A DNA stretch of 64,000 nt from Octopus vulgaris (lineage: Eukaryota), in assembly GCA_951406725.2 (NCBI GenBank), contig OX597822.1, forward strand, positions 42,284,001 through 42,348,000, written 5' to 3'. The position numbers and the translations under genes are program-made. Position 1 is the stretch's first letter. The number at the start of each line of letters is the position of its first letter. Below the pieces are notes generated by a model. It did no database searches, had not been told where the DNA came from, and saw nothing but the letters and a program-made list of their open reading frames with translations. Shown one piece after another: positions 25,757 to 39,410 of the stretch.

Positions 25757-26071
25757 TGCTCCCTTTTCAAGCCTACCCAGGCTCATGGGCCCGGTTTCCT
25801 GGTTTCTGTGGCGTATGTGCTGCCCCCAGCTGGACGGGACGCCAGTCCATCGCAGCGTTACTCAAGAAACAGGAAGAAAGAGTGAGAAAATTAGGGCGAA
25901 AGAGTACAACAGTACACCCCCCACAGAGTACACCCCCACCCCCTGCCATAGCCTCGTGGAGCTTTTAGGTGTTTTTGCTCAATAAAAACAAACAACGCCC
26001 GGTCTGGGAATTGAAACCGTGATCCTCCAACCGCAAGTCCGCTGCCCTGACCACTGAGCCATTGCGCCTCC
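25757..26071 (-). mobile_element. tRNA-derived SINE with V-domain-like motif
   Basis: ggaggcgcaaTGGCTCAGTGG (A box) ..GGTTTCAATTCC (B box); later ctgcgatggactggcgtcccgtccag. Confidence 0.75.
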
Positions 26072-26829
26072 ACACATGTGCATGGCTGTGTGCAAATGCG
26101 AAATTATAGTGGTGCTGGCAGTGTGAGAGAATGTATAAGGAGGCAAGGGTGAGAGAACAAAGGTATTTATGAAGCATATGGAATGGCAAGAGCAAGATAG
26201 GTGTTATTGATGGGAGTGCATGTGTATAAAAAGAACACACAGGGCTGTGAGAAGATATTTTAACAAAGGGCAAAAAGGCTTAAACTAATAATTGAAAATG
26301 CTCAAATTCTGTGAAGAGAAGTGAAAAAATTTGGTAAAAATACACAACACTGGTAAAAAGTCTGGAGAATTTGGCAAAAAGTAAGAAGTGTTCAAGAAAC
26401 TGGTATAATCTGCAAAGGAGATGAAATAACTGAGATGAAGGAGGTGAAAAATCCAAGGTTGCAACTGGAGTAGAAAAGAAAGAAAATGGTCATTTTTTTT
26501 TTTCTTGAATGAGAAAAAGAAGAGTGGGCAGTAAGGGGAGAGAAGCTGCGCAAGAAATGGAAATGGGAGGGGAAAGGGGCGGATGAGTGTTAGCAACCCT
26601 ATATGTGTGTGTGTGCATATGCACACACACAGACATCTGCATTACAGAGGTATTGTATTCCTGAAACAAGAAGTATGCATGTATGTGCATACACACACAT
26701 ATACATATATATGTGTATGTGTATGTGTGTGCATATGCACACACAGAGACATCTGCATTACAGAGGTATTGCATTCCAGAAGCAAGACGTGCGCATGTGT
26801 CTGCATATACACACACATACGTACGCATA

Positions 26830-26880
<51 letters not shown>

Positions 26881-27589
26881 ATTATTATTATTATTTTGAT
26901 GGTAGTAAGATGCTGGCAGAATTGATAGGATGTTGGGCTAAATGCTTAGTGCCATTTTATCCATCTTTCCATTCTTGGTTCAAATTCCATTAAGGTCAAC
27001 TTTACCTTTCTTCCTTTTTGGGCCAATAAAATAAGTACCAGTTGGACAATGGAGGTTGCGATAATCAACTCCTTAAATTGCTGGCCTTGTGCCAAAATTT
27101 GAAATCATTATTATTATTATCATTCATCATCATCATCGTTTAACGTCCATTTTCCATGCTAGCATAGGTTAGACGGTTCAACCGGGGTCTGGGAAGCCAG
27201 GAGGCTGCACCAGGCTCCAGTCTGATCTGGCAGTGTTTCTACAGCTTGATGCCCTTCCTAACGCCAACCACTCCGTGAATGTAGTGGGTGCTTTGTACGT
27301 GCTACCGGCACAGGTGCCAGGGGAGGCTGGCAACGGCCACGATTGGTTGGTGATTTTTTATTATTATCATTATTATCATTATTTCCCTTTGGCATAGTGA
27401 TACTTATAACATGGTGTTAGAACTCAATATAAATATACTTCAGAGAAGAAAGGTCAGTCAAGTGCAGATCAGTAGTAAGAAATTATATAAATGACAGGGG
27501 TATAAGAAATTATGTAATGAACTTCATCGAATGACAACTGTTTCTGCTATAAGTTACAATGCCCTCATAGTTGAATGCTTGTATGTAAA

Positions 27590-28478
27590 TGGTGGTAACT
27601 GGTGCTAACAACTGTAAGCTTATGGAGTTCATCTGGCAACTCGAGCTGGCTGTGGACAAATGTACCACCATGCATTTTGGGAGGAAAAACCCAGCGTCTA
27701 CTTACTCACTCCACAACACTAATCTCAAAAAGTCTTCTTGTGAACGTGACCTGAGCATTATTGTTGACAGCGATTTGTGTTGGACAAAACACATTGCTAA
27801 AATTGCCAAGAAGGCTGAGGGTGTCCTGACATCACTTACCAAGTCCTTTGTGAGCCGCTCTCTGGCTATCTATCTGAGGTTTTATATAGCTATGTTGTGG
27901 CCTCACCTGGAATTTGTATCACCGGTCTGGCACCCCTATCTTGCCCAGGATATTAATCATCTGGAAACTATTCAGTGACATGCAACCAAGAGAATTCCCT
28001 CATCAGTCATTTGCCATATTCTGAATGCCTTACTTCCATGTGCATGGATATATTGAAACTCCAACGTCTGGCAACTGACTTGGTAGACACCCATAAAATT
28101 ATTAACCATCTTACTAACAATAACTCTAAGCACCTTTTCAAACTCCACCTGTCTAACACCTATAGACATGTTTACGAAGTCAGAAAACAGCACAGCATCC
28201 ATGACTCTCGGAAACATTTTTTCACACTAAGAGATGCTGAAGCATGGAACAAACTGCCGGCATCAGTTGTTAGTTGTCGGAGCACTGCATCCTTCAAAAC
28301 TTCCATGCTTCCTGAGATTCACCAACACTACACCCGATTTTCTCCCCTCCATACACACATAAGCATGTCTCTGACTCATACACTGTTCCCTTTCCAGACA
28401 TTTGTACATTACTGCATATGCTTTATATGCACTTTTGATAAGTTGTAGTGCACCTGAGCACTGTATACAATAATTTCC

Positions 28479-28537
<59 letters not shown>
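27590..28537 (+). mobile_element. CR1-clade LINE 3' end with (ATT)n tail
   Basis: WQLELAVDKCTTMHFG, ERDLSIIVD, PHLEFVSPVWHPY, RKHFFTLR..EAWNKLP, then 3'UTR and (att)n; diverged sister copy at 37215-37820. Confidence 0.88.
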
Positions 28538-29781
28538 TACTATATAATTACATATTTCCTTGTCATTTATTTAATTTCTTATATGATTGTGTGTGTGTGT
28601 AGTTAATAGAAACTCACGGTGTTGGGGTAAAATTCAATTTCAATAAACCATATACTCCACAACATGTGCTAAGAACTTCTCTCTCATTTGTTTGACACAA
28701 TTTAATGTTCATCTGAGTGTGTGTGTGAGCGTCTATGATTGTTTATACACATTCACATATATTGTATATATATTGTGGGTTACATAAATAAACTTCAAAG
28801 TGCTAAGTACACAGATGTTGTAAAGTCTGTTATCTCTGTTAAATGTATCTGTGTGTGGGTGCGCACGTATGCAAACAACCACCACAATTTAGGGCAGGTA
28901 GTCATTCAGATACCTCCACTACTCACTGTAAGTGGAGTATGACAGCCATGTAAATAACCAATAACATGATCTGGTGCTAAGAAGAGAATAAGTGACCAGT
29001 CATATGATATGGTGCTGCTGATGTCTTAGATTGAGCAGGGGTTTTTTTTTCAGTAAATATATCTGTTGATGTTGGTGGCTAGACATGAGTTGTGATCTTT
29101 TATTATGAGGAGACTGTTGAATGATTCTTTGTTAAAAGACATGTTTGTGTCTTTGTGCTGTGTACCTGAACGATACTGTAGCATGTATGGGTCTCTCATA
29201 AAATTGGCCTCGTTATTTCCACTTTTGTTAGCTAAGTGATGCTCTATATACTTTGGAGCTCCACCAACAACATACACATACAGGCATCACACGTAATTAT
29301 ATAAGCTTTATCTCTCTCTATCTCTCTCTCCCTCTGAACATGTACATATAAATACAGCCATACACACACACACACACTTACAATACGGATAACTTCCCCA
29401 CTACCATCACTACCTATACATTCACAAATGTATGCATATATAGACACAGCTATGCACAATGCCGGACACAGAGAGAGAGATAGAGGTGTCAAATTACACA
29501 GCTATATGACACAGCAGCCACAGTTGGTTTGTCTGTTCTTAGAGCTGACTTCCTGCTATTAGAGTTATTGACCCCATTTTTGGCTGTTAGCACATTGGTT
29601 GATGTTCAGCTAAGGTCATATTCATCTGCTGACCTACACACACATCTCCATAGTCGGTTTCCTATCTCTCTAGTAGCCACAATCACTGGCAACAGAGATA
29701 GTATTAATACTAAGAGGTAATATTTATGCCCACTTCAACATAAATGTTCTTTTAGAACAAACTATACTGCAGGAGTAAGCA

Positions 29782-29877
29782 TGAGAGAACCTCTCATATT
29801 GGCTTTTGGGGCAAAATGCTAGTGATATAAACAAGAGTTCGTTTTGCACCAAAAAGCCAATATGAGAGTTTCTCTCA
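29782..29877. repeat. 96-nt inverted repeat (tiny MITE or hairpin)
   Basis: tgagagaacctctcatattggcttttggggcaaaatg vs cgttttgcaccaaaaagccaatatgagagtttctctca. Confidence 0.85.
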
Positions 29878-30351
29878 AGGTATCAGTTAAGAAATATTTG
29901 ATGAAATATTAAACAAAAAGATAGGTAATTGGTTAAACTGAAGAAGGTGGTGAACAATAAAAGTAGGATGGAGACTGAAGTTAAAGCTGAATCAACATGG
30001 ATGAATCTTCAGCTCATTTGCTTCATGTTAGGCCCTCCACACGCACACATCTCCAACAGGGAAATACTGAAGTGGGATTAAATGAGTTAGTTTCAATCTC
30101 TAATTAAGTTTTGTCAGAAACCATCTAATGTAGTCTAGTCTAATTCTAATTGTGCATGAAATTTAATTAAATTTAATCAATAACGTGTTTAATGAAATCT
30201 ACAGATATATTCAGTAGTACACTATAGGAACAAAAACAAATTGCTAATATATCATTAATTTATTATATACATAGAGACATACAAACATACACATAAGGAT
30301 AGGTAGATAGATATAGACATATATTATAAATATATCCATACATATATCCAT

Positions 30352-30748
30352 AGGCATGGAGTGGCTGTGTGGTAAGTAGCTTGCTTACCACCCACATGGT
30401 TCCAGGTTCAGTCCCACGGCGTGGCACCTTGGGCAAATGTCTTCTACTATAACCTCAGGCCGACCAAAGCCTTGTGAGTGGATTTGGACAATGAAAGCTG
30501 AAAGAAGCCCATCGTATAAATGTGTATATATATGTGTGTGTGTGTGTCTTTTTGTCCCCGCCCACCCCAACATTGCTTGACATCTGATGCTGGTGTGTTT
30601 ACGTCCCCATAACTTAGCGGTTCAGCAAAAATCGACCGATAGAATAAATACTAGGCCTACAAAATCTAAGTCCTAGGGTCGATTTGCTCGACTAAAAGGT
30701 GGTGCTCCAGCATGACCACAGTCAAATGACTGAAACAAGTAAAAGAAT
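30352..30748 (+). mobile_element. Major tRNA/CORE-like SINE with internal microsatellite (also near 34518, 37856, 42240, 48880 on plus; 44330, 50940, 58600, 59070 on minus)
   Basis: ggagtggctgtgtggtaag..ggttcagtccc..accttgggcaaatgtcttctactata..(TA/TG)n..ccagcatgaccacagtcaaatgactgaaacaagtaaaag. Confidence 0.85.
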
Positions 30749-30927
30749 ATATACTTACACAAGTATACATACATATAAATACATGTACATAGAAACAAAC
30801 ATTTTTTCGAACAACGAAAAAAACAAACAGAGAAATGAGACATACAACATAAAGAATATTCCCCTTCTTCAGGTGTCCTTGTTTCATCTACTCCATATTT
30901 CGAAGGCATACATACACACACAGAGTC

Positions 30928-30967
<40 letters not shown>

Positions 30968-32046
30968 GCACACACATACAGATAGTCAAGTATGTATACA
31001 TGACGATGTTCAAATTTTATCTTTTATGTTTTATATTTTTCAGGTTTCCTTATTTGCTTTTAGAACAACAGAGTTTCTAAATTCATATCAGACATTTCTA
31101 ATACTTCACAGTCTCATTATCAAGAATTGAACTGAATATATTTGGCATTTGTATTGTTTCTTATATACTGATTGAATTATGTAGAGTTTCCCCACCATAG
31201 GTTTTATTTTTATCATTAGCTTTATGTCTTAACAGTCACATATTGAATTGTTTGTCAAGGTCAAATTGTGACTATTTTTAATGTCAATAGCTACATGTTA
31301 ATTTTTTATGTAAGTGTTTGCATGTTAATTTTGGCATTGTATCGTGATATGAATACGGTTTCTTATAGTCATATTTTTGTGAGGAATATAAAACATGTAT
31401 TTTCCTCTAGTATTTCCTTATCTATTTTTGTTTTATGGTATCTGGAGTAATCATCATCATCATTTAACGTCCGTTCTCCATGCTAGCATGGGTTGGACGG
31501 TTCGACCGGGGATCTGGAAAGCCAGAAGGCTGCACCAGGCTCCAGTCTTTTCTGGCAATGTTTCTACAGCTGGATGCCCTTCCTAACACCAACCACTCTG
31601 TGAGTGTAGTGGGTGCTTTTTACGTGCCACCTGCACAGGTGCCAGGTGAGGCTGGCAACGGCCACGGTCGGATTGGTGTATTTTATGTGCCACCGGCACG
31701 GAAGCCAGTCGAGGCAGCGCTGGCATCGGCCACGAGTCGGATAGTGCTTTTTACGTACCACCAGACCAGGGATCCTGGCTGGTTCAATTCGATTTCGCTT
31801 AGTAATGTTGAGCAATTCGATTTCGCTTAGTAATGTTGAGTAATGTTGAGCAATAATTCCATGTTGTAAATGCATAGTAGGCCTATGCAAGAGTGCCCAG
31901 TGTAACAGCTAGTGACCTGAAGTTTGCAACATTCAATTATACAATTTCGCAAATTGTAAATTCACAGGGTGTGTCCATCTTATCTGATGTTCAGAGACAG
32001 AGTAGACACTTTCAAAGAAATCCAAAATGGCTTCCAGATGTTAAGG

Positions 32047-32211
32047 CAGTAGTTCCCAGCTTGTGGTCTGTGGACCCCTGGTAGTCCGCAAATGTAGTAC
32101 TGGAGGTCTGTGAACATGTTAAGCTGACAGACCTTTCAATATCCTGGGGTCTGTGGGAAAACACATTTAAATAAAAGGGGTCCTTGGTAGTGAAAAGGTT
32201 GGGAACCACTG
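32047..32211. mobile_element. hAT (Charlie-like) MITE, 165 bp
   Basis: cagtagttcccagc ... gttgggaaccactg with perfect 8-bp TSD tgttaagg (32039-32046, 32212-32219). Confidence 0.9.
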
Positions 32212-32520
32212 TGTTAAGGCTTCTATCAAAGCAACATCAGTTATTTCTTTTTTTATTTTTAGTTCTATGTAGGCAGGATGTTATTATAATATATCATCAT
32301 CATCATTTAGTGTCCGCTTTCCATGCTAGCATGGGTTGGACGTCCAACTGGGGTCTGGGAAGCCAGAAGGCTGCACCAGGCCCAGTCTGATCTGGCAATG
32401 TTTCTACGGCTGGATGCCCTTCCTAATGCCAACCACTCCGTGAGTGTAGTGGGTGCTTTTTATGTGCCACCGGCACAGGTGCCAGACGGGGCTGGCAAAC
32501 GGCCACGGTCGAATGGTGCT

Positions 32521-32596
32521 TTTAAATTTAATTTGCCAAAATATTTTCGTCGCTTTGAGATCGCGACCTGTTTACTGACAAAATTCCATGCTGCAT
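32521..32596 (-). mobile_element. Second copy of the hammerhead-bearing segment of the 3646-3936 element
   Basis: Nearly identical to 3711-3786; helix II GTCGC/GCGAC perfect, core reads GTAAACA. Confidence 0.75.
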
Positions 32597-32744
32597 CTGA
32601 GAAAGCAATAGTTAGTTCATGATATATATATATGTATGTATGTATATATATAAACAAGGCCTAGTTAAAAAGTTAAGGTGTTTCTATTATTTTGTCCAAC
32701 CCCATATATATATATGCATGTATACATGTGTGTGTGTGCATATA

Positions 32745-34150
32745 CTCAGGTCAACCAGGGAAACAACATATTGGACCTATGCTTCACAAATAATGTGGAC
32801 CTTATCCATAATGTGAAGGTGACACCAACAGCACTCTTAAATCACATCCCAGAAAGACAGGCCAGCACAAGATTCCCAGAAAAGTTCTCATGAGAAAGAG
32901 GTCAAAGATCTCAAAGTGGCTGAATAAGCAACTGAAGGATAGAGAGAAGACTATCTTAATACAGACGCTCCTAGAAATGGAAAGCAAGATCAAACTCTCA
33001 TGAAAGGGAAAGAGGAGAGAGAGAGAGAGAGAGGGAGAGAGAGAGAGAGATAGAAAAGTCTGCGGAAAGCATAAAAACAAATCCCAAAGCTTTCTATAAA
33101 TTCACAAAGGAAACAGCCAGAATACAATATAAAATAGGACCATTGTTCCAAGGGAATGACTCACTGACAGCAGACCCAGGAGGGCTGAGATACTACTCAG
33201 TGAACAATTTAAAAGTGTCTTCACTTCCCCCCTTGGACACATGCAGATAAAAAATCCAGCTGAATTCTTTGATATTGCAGCTCTGGAAAATAAAAAGGGT
33301 GCTAGCCATCAACTACATCAAGATTGAGAAAACAGATGTAACAGTGGCCATAGATGAAATGAGCTCATGCTCCACCCACTGGTCCTAATGGTTTCTCATG
33401 TAAGCAGGTTTTAGCGAAACCACTTCAGATACTTTTCCAAACTTTCCTTGCAAGTGGTATACTTCCTAAAAAGCTTAAAGAAGGCATTATATGCCATATC
33501 CACAGAGGTGGAAGCAGAGCAGAGGCCAAAAACTACAGGCCAATCTCTCTGACTACACATATCAGTAAAGTGATGGGGCCAATCATCAGAAAGAAGTTGA
33601 TAATGTTCCAAGAAGAAAATGACCTACTGAACAATACATAGCATGACTTCCATCCAGGAAGAAGCTGCCTCACACAGCTCCTATACTACTATGACTGAGT
33701 TTTGAAACAGCTGCTTGACCATTCAGATGTCGGTGTGATATACCTTGACTTCGCAAAGGCATTTGATAAGGTACATCATGGCATGATACGTCATAAGCTA
33801 CAAGAACTTGGCATTGCTGGTAAACCGGGAGAGTGGCTACACGACTTCCTGAAAAACAGAAGTCAGGTAGTTGCAGCCAATCATGACCTTTCAGAGGAAA
33901 TTCAAATCATAAGTGGTGTCCCCCAGGGAACTGTTCTGGGGCCATTAATGTTCATAATAGCCCTCTTAGACATGCCCTCGGTCACTCAGACAGCCACTGT
34001 CACTAGCTATGCCGAGGATACAAAATTTGCATAAGTTGGAAGTAAATGTCTTCAAAAAGGAACTAGACACCATCTTCTCCACAATACCAGATGAACCAAC
34101 AGCCCAACATGAGGTACAGACAAGGGCAGCGAAATCAAACTCCCAACAGC
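32745..34150 (+). pseudogene. CR1-clade LINE ORF2 remnant (endonuclease end plus RT) with deletions
   Basis: GNNILDLCFTN; KNYRPISLT; VIYLDFAKAFDKVHH; SGVPQGTVLGPLMF; SYAEDTK. Confidence 0.9.
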
Positions 34151-34213
34151 ACTGGCAACGACCTCGCTCGAATGTTTTTTCATGTGCCACCAGCACAAGT
34201 GCTAGTAAATATA

Positions 34214-34266
<53 letters not shown>

Positions 34267-34905
34267 ATGTGTGTGTATATATATATCATCTTTGTTTAAC
34301 GTCCGTTTTCCATGCTAGCATGGGTTGGACGGTTCAACCGGTGTCTAGGAAGCCAGGAGGCTGCGCCAGGCTCCAGTCTGGATGCCCTTCTTAATGTGGC
34401 TAAGATGATGCTTTCAGTATATCCTTCCTTTTATAAGACAGAAATGTATAGTATGAGAGAGATTTCACTGTTATTTCAAGCAAGTCAAATGACTGTGTAG
34501 AGGCTCTGTACATAACCAGGCACAGATGTGGTTGTGTGGTAAGAAGTTTGCTTTGCGAACACATGTTCTGGGTTCAGTCCCACTGCATGGAACCTTTGTT
34601 AAGTGTCTTATACTATGACCTAAGCCAACCAAAAGCCTCGTGAGAAGCTTTGGTAGGTGAAAACTGAATAAATCTGATGTTTGTGTTGTGTGCCTTTGTG
34701 TTTGTGTTTGTCATTCACTACTGTTTGACAACTGGTGTTAGTGTGTTTACATCCCCGTAATTTAGCAGTTAAGCAAAAGAGACTCAACAGAATAAGTACC
34801 AGCCTTAACAAAACATAAACATTAGTGTCGATTCATTCCACTAAAAATTCAAAGCAATGCTCCAGCACGGCCACAGTTTAATGGCTGAAACAAGTAAAAG
34901 ATAAA

Positions 34906-34944
<39 letters not shown>

Positions 34945-35790
34945 GACATTTCTTTATTGCCCACAAGGGGCTAAACATAGAGGAGACAAACAAGGACAGA
35001 CAAATGGATTAAGTTGATTACATCAACCCCAGTGTGTAACTGGTACTTTATTTATCGACCCCGAAAGGATGAAAGGCAAAGTCGACTTCGGTGGAATTTG
35101 AACTCAGAACGTAATAGCAGACAAAATACCTCTAAGCATTTCGCCTGGCGTGCTAACGTTTCTGCCAGCTCATTGCCTTAAAAGCAAAGTCAACCTTGGC
35201 GAAATTTGAACTCAGAACACGAAGACAGATGAAATACTGCTAAGCATTTCGCCCGGCATGCTAACGATTCTGCCAGCTCGAGGCCTTATCATCATCATCA
35301 TCATCGTTTAACGTCCGTTCTCCATGCTAGCATGGGTTGGACGGTTCGACCGGGGTTCTGGGAAGCCAGAAGGCTGCACCAGGCTCCAGTCTAATCTGGC
35401 AATGTTTCTACAGCTGGATGCCCTTCCTAACGCCAACCACTCCGTGAGTGTAGTGGGTGCTTTTTACGTGCCACCTGCACAGGTGCCAGGCGAGGCTGGC
35501 AACGGTCAGATTGGTGTATTTTATGTGCCACCGGCACGGAAGCCAGTCGAGGCGGTGCTGGCATCGGCCACGAGTCGGATAGTGCTTTTTACGTACCACC
35601 AGACCAGGGATCCTGGCTGGTTATGCTGGTGTGTTTATGTCCCCGTTACTTAGCGGTTCGGCAAAAGAGACCGATAGAATAAGTACTGGGCTTACAAAAG
35701 AATAAGTCCCGGGGTCGAGTTGCTCAATTAAAGGCGGTGTTCCAGCATGGCCACAGTCAAATAACTGAAACAAGTAAAAGATAAAAGATA
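34945..35790. mobile_element. Cluster: Nin-like SINE with duplicated head, RTE-tail copy, and 3' half of the major SINE
   Basis: Two consecutive aatttgaactcagaac..ctgccagctc heads, then (cat)n family, then gctggtgtgtttatgtcccc..gaaacaagtaaaag. Confidence 0.75.
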
Positions 35791-37214
35791 TATATTTGAA
35801 GAAATGAACAGAAATAGTTTTTCTGATAATTAGATGTTTATAAATTATCTAATTATTAAAGTGGAAAAATTATCAGAAAAGGTATTCCCATTCATTTCCT
35901 TAATATATATAACACTGTACCAAGGACTTTCTATTTCTAATTCTGTGTATGTATGCATGTGTATATGTATACATGTGTGTGTATATCTATGTATGCAGGT
36001 ATGTATGTGTATATGTATGACTATGTATGTGCGTGTCTTTGTCTATTGCTTAACAACCAGTGTTGGTTTGTTGACATCCCTGTGGCATTACAGTTCAGCA
36101 AAAGAGATCAATAGAGTATGTGCCAGGCTTAAAAAAATATTGGGTCGATTTGTTTGGCTAAGCCCTTCAAGGTGATGCCCCAGCATGGTCGCAGTTCAAA
36201 GACTGAGACGTAAAGGATATAAAAAAAAATAACTGTTCTACATTTATTGTGAGACATACAGTCCTAAGATTTACGACTTATACCACGTGATTCTTTCTTT
36301 TAAAGACAATTAGAGGTTTGTTAAAGAGGAGTTGGCTGCTACATTTAGCAAGCTTAGTAGCTACAGAGAGATCCTGTTGCCACCTTCACCACCATCTCCA
36401 CCATCACCATCACTGCCACCACCATTTTAGAATCAGTTAGTAACACAGCTGACGAGTGAGATTTCAATGAAACAGTGTGTATGCGTGCGCGCGCATATGT
36501 GTGTATGTGTGTGAAAACTTGTGTGCACATGTATGCTTGCGTGAGTATGTACTTATCAATATGTCTGAAGGTTTGCATTTGTCTACATATGTATATATTA
36601 GCATGTGTGACTGAGAATGTGTGTGTGTGTGTATTCATGTATACGGTATTAAGTCCATTAGAGACTCAGAAAGATTAAGAAGCTGAGAGGTGTGTAGGAG
36701 AAAATAGGTCACACTAATTTAGTATAATTAATAAAAATATGTTATGATGACTAATCTGGGTAGAGACAACAATTTATCAAGTGAGGTGTTGAATTAGGTT
36801 AGATACTATTTGATTATTTAGGAACAATATAGCAGAATTTGAAATAAATCGATATTTAACAGGAATGCGTTTAACTATTTTCTCTACATTATTAGTCACA
36901 GCTGGCAATTGTGAGCCAAGTTATACTCTCTCTTCTTCATGTCCACCAAACCTAACTAAATTGTTATTCTCTAACCAAAACATAAAACACCAAGATTCTG
37001 ATTTACAGTAAAAAGTAAAAAGTAAAAAAGAAAAAAAATCCTTTCCACTACTTTTTGCACGTCTTTAATCAAAGCACGGAAATGTCAAAAACTAAGTCAC
37101 GGATATCTTGAGAGGCACTTACTAACAATACATGCAATGAGAGAATTGGTGATATAACAAGTGTTTTGTTAATTTACTGTGCTGGTCTGATATCATCGCA
37201 GTGGCCTGTGAGAA

Positions 37215-37820
37215 ACGTCCACAGGGTTTGCATCACCAGTCTGGAAACCCTATCTTACTCAGCATACCAATCTCCAGGAAACTGTTCAAAAACATGCAAC
37301 CAGGCGAATACCCACCATCAGGCATTTATTTACCATACACTGAATGCCTTGCTTCCCTGGACATGGACACACTAAAGCTCTCATGTCCGGCAACTGACTT
37401 GGTAGACATCCACAAGATTATCCACTATGTTTCCAACAACAACTTTGGGCACCTTTTTCAATTTCATGTCTAACACTCACAGACATGCTTACAAAATCAA
37501 AAACAACACAGTACCCATGATTTGCAGAAACATTTTTTCATACTCAGAATTGCTGAAGCATGGAATAAACTACCTGCATCAGTTGTTAGCTGTCAACACA
37601 CTACATCCTTCAAAGCTTCCATGCTACCTGAAATTTTGCCAACAGTAAAACAGACAACCCCAACACACCTGTTTTTTTAGTTTGTTTGTTTTTTTTTCTT
37701 TGTAGACTTATTCACTGTTCACTTCTTTCACATATTCTATGTACTGTTCATGCAGTTTTGGTTACTCATTCTGATAAGTTGTAGTGAAGCTGAACACTGT
37801 ATACAATAAATTCATTATAA
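37215..37820 (+). mobile_element. CR1-clade LINE 3' end, diverged copy of 27590-28537
   Basis: LPYTECLASLDMDTLKL..ATDLVDIHKII; shared 3'UTR gataagttgtagtg..cactgtatacaata. Confidence 0.8.
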
Positions 37821-38348
37821 TATATGAACTTATTAGGGCTCAGCTGAAAAATTGAGGAGTGGCTGTGTGGTAAATAGCTTACTTACCAACCACATGGTTC
37901 CGGGTTCAGTCCCACTGCGCGGCACCTTGGGCAAGTGTCTTCTACTATAGCCTTGGGCCAACAAAAACCTTGTGAGTGGATTTGGTAGACAGAAACTGAA
38001 AGAAGCCTATTGTATATATATATATCATCATCGTTAAACGTCCATTTTCCGTGCTAGCACGGGTTGGACACATATATATGTATGTATGTATATATGTTTG
38101 TGTGTCTGTGTTTGTCCCCCCCAACATCACTTGACAACCGATGCTGGTGTGTTTACGTCCCTGTAACTTAGAGGTTCAACAAAAAGTGACCAATCGAATA
38201 AGTACTAGGCTTACAAAGTATAAGTCCTGGGGTCGATTTCTTCAACTAAAAACGGTGCTCCAGCATGGCCACAGTCAAATGACTGAAACAAGTAAAAGAG
38301 TAATGAATGACAATTGGTGACACTACCATTAATTAAGATATCCATTAA

Positions 38349-38572
38349 CCCTTTAACATTTAAACCAGCCACATCCAGCCCGTATATTCTACCTGTTTTA
38401 TGTTTAAACTGTCAAGATCTGGCCTCTTACACCTACCCTACAATGTCATTCTAAAGATATACAATCACATAATTGAAATCTCAAAGCTATGAGATAATGC
38501 ATGATTAAATCAAATTAAATCAAAATAATGAATAAGTATTAAATTTGACAGAGTAATCAGGATGCTAAAAGG
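38349..38572. mobile_element. piggyBac-type MITE (family 2)
   Basis: TTAA|ccctttaaca ... tgctaaaagg|TTAA. Confidence 0.75.
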
Positions 38573-38864
38573 TTAATTGGTAATATTGCCGTCTAAGAGA
38601 TACCTCACTGCACGACATTATCCATATATAGAAAGTAGTAAAATGAATTGCTAGGAGTGTTGATGATACCCAAATTAAGATGGCTGTTGATGACATGCCC
38701 TCCTCAAAATGGCTATCAAAATTAGAATAGATACAGGGATTAAAATAACTCATTACATTCAAACCATTTAGATAGTAAATCATCTATATTATTATCAAAC
38801 ACTGGTAGCTGCAGTATAGCTGTCAAATGGACAATGGCCTGGGGTTATTATTGTCTGTAGTCTA

Positions 38865-39074
38865 TTCACATTATTCTATCAAAAGTAATGCTTATTTATT
38901 CACTTTATTTTGAGTTAATCATACATTATCTCATAGCTTTGAGATTTTTATGAGGTAACAGTTAATTTTTAGAATGATACTGTAGGGTAGGTGGGAGAGG
39001 CCAAATCTGGCCAGTTTGAAGTTATAACAGGTAGAATATTTTGGCCAAATATGGCCAGTTCAAATGCTAAAGGG
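38865..39074. mobile_element. piggyBac-type MITE (family 2), inverted relative to 38349-38572, left end eroded
   Basis: Ends aatgctaaaggg|TTAA; interior is the reverse complement of its neighbour; further copy near 43556-43765. Confidence 0.7.
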
Positions 39075-39379
39075 TTAAGTGACAGACAGCTTTCACCACA
39101 AGAGTGAAGCCCATAGCACTGCTAGGCTTCTTTGTATGGCAGCATTAAGAGCTCCAATGTTTAATGGTACTACACAGTAAAACATTAGGAAAATTTAATT
39201 AACACAACAATTTAATAATTCACTGCAACTTTGTTTTTGTAAATTTACTCAGAATAATTTTTTTCCTTTTGGTTAATTGATATAACTAGAGTTTTAAGTC
39301 CATAATGATAAGAATATTCACAACCGTGTGTGTGTGGGTGTAGTGTAATATGTATGTATATATTGTATATGTATTCACA

Positions 39380-39410
<31 letters not shown>

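Noticed and set aside
25985-26071. tRNA gene
   Set aside because: A/B boxes are present but continue into a SINE body, with no convincing cloverleaf or terminator
31480-31830. Recurrent ORF MLAWVGRFDRGSGKPEG... (also 32323, 35324, 57236)
   Set aside because: Antisense translation of the RTE tail repeat; it recurs because the repeat recurs
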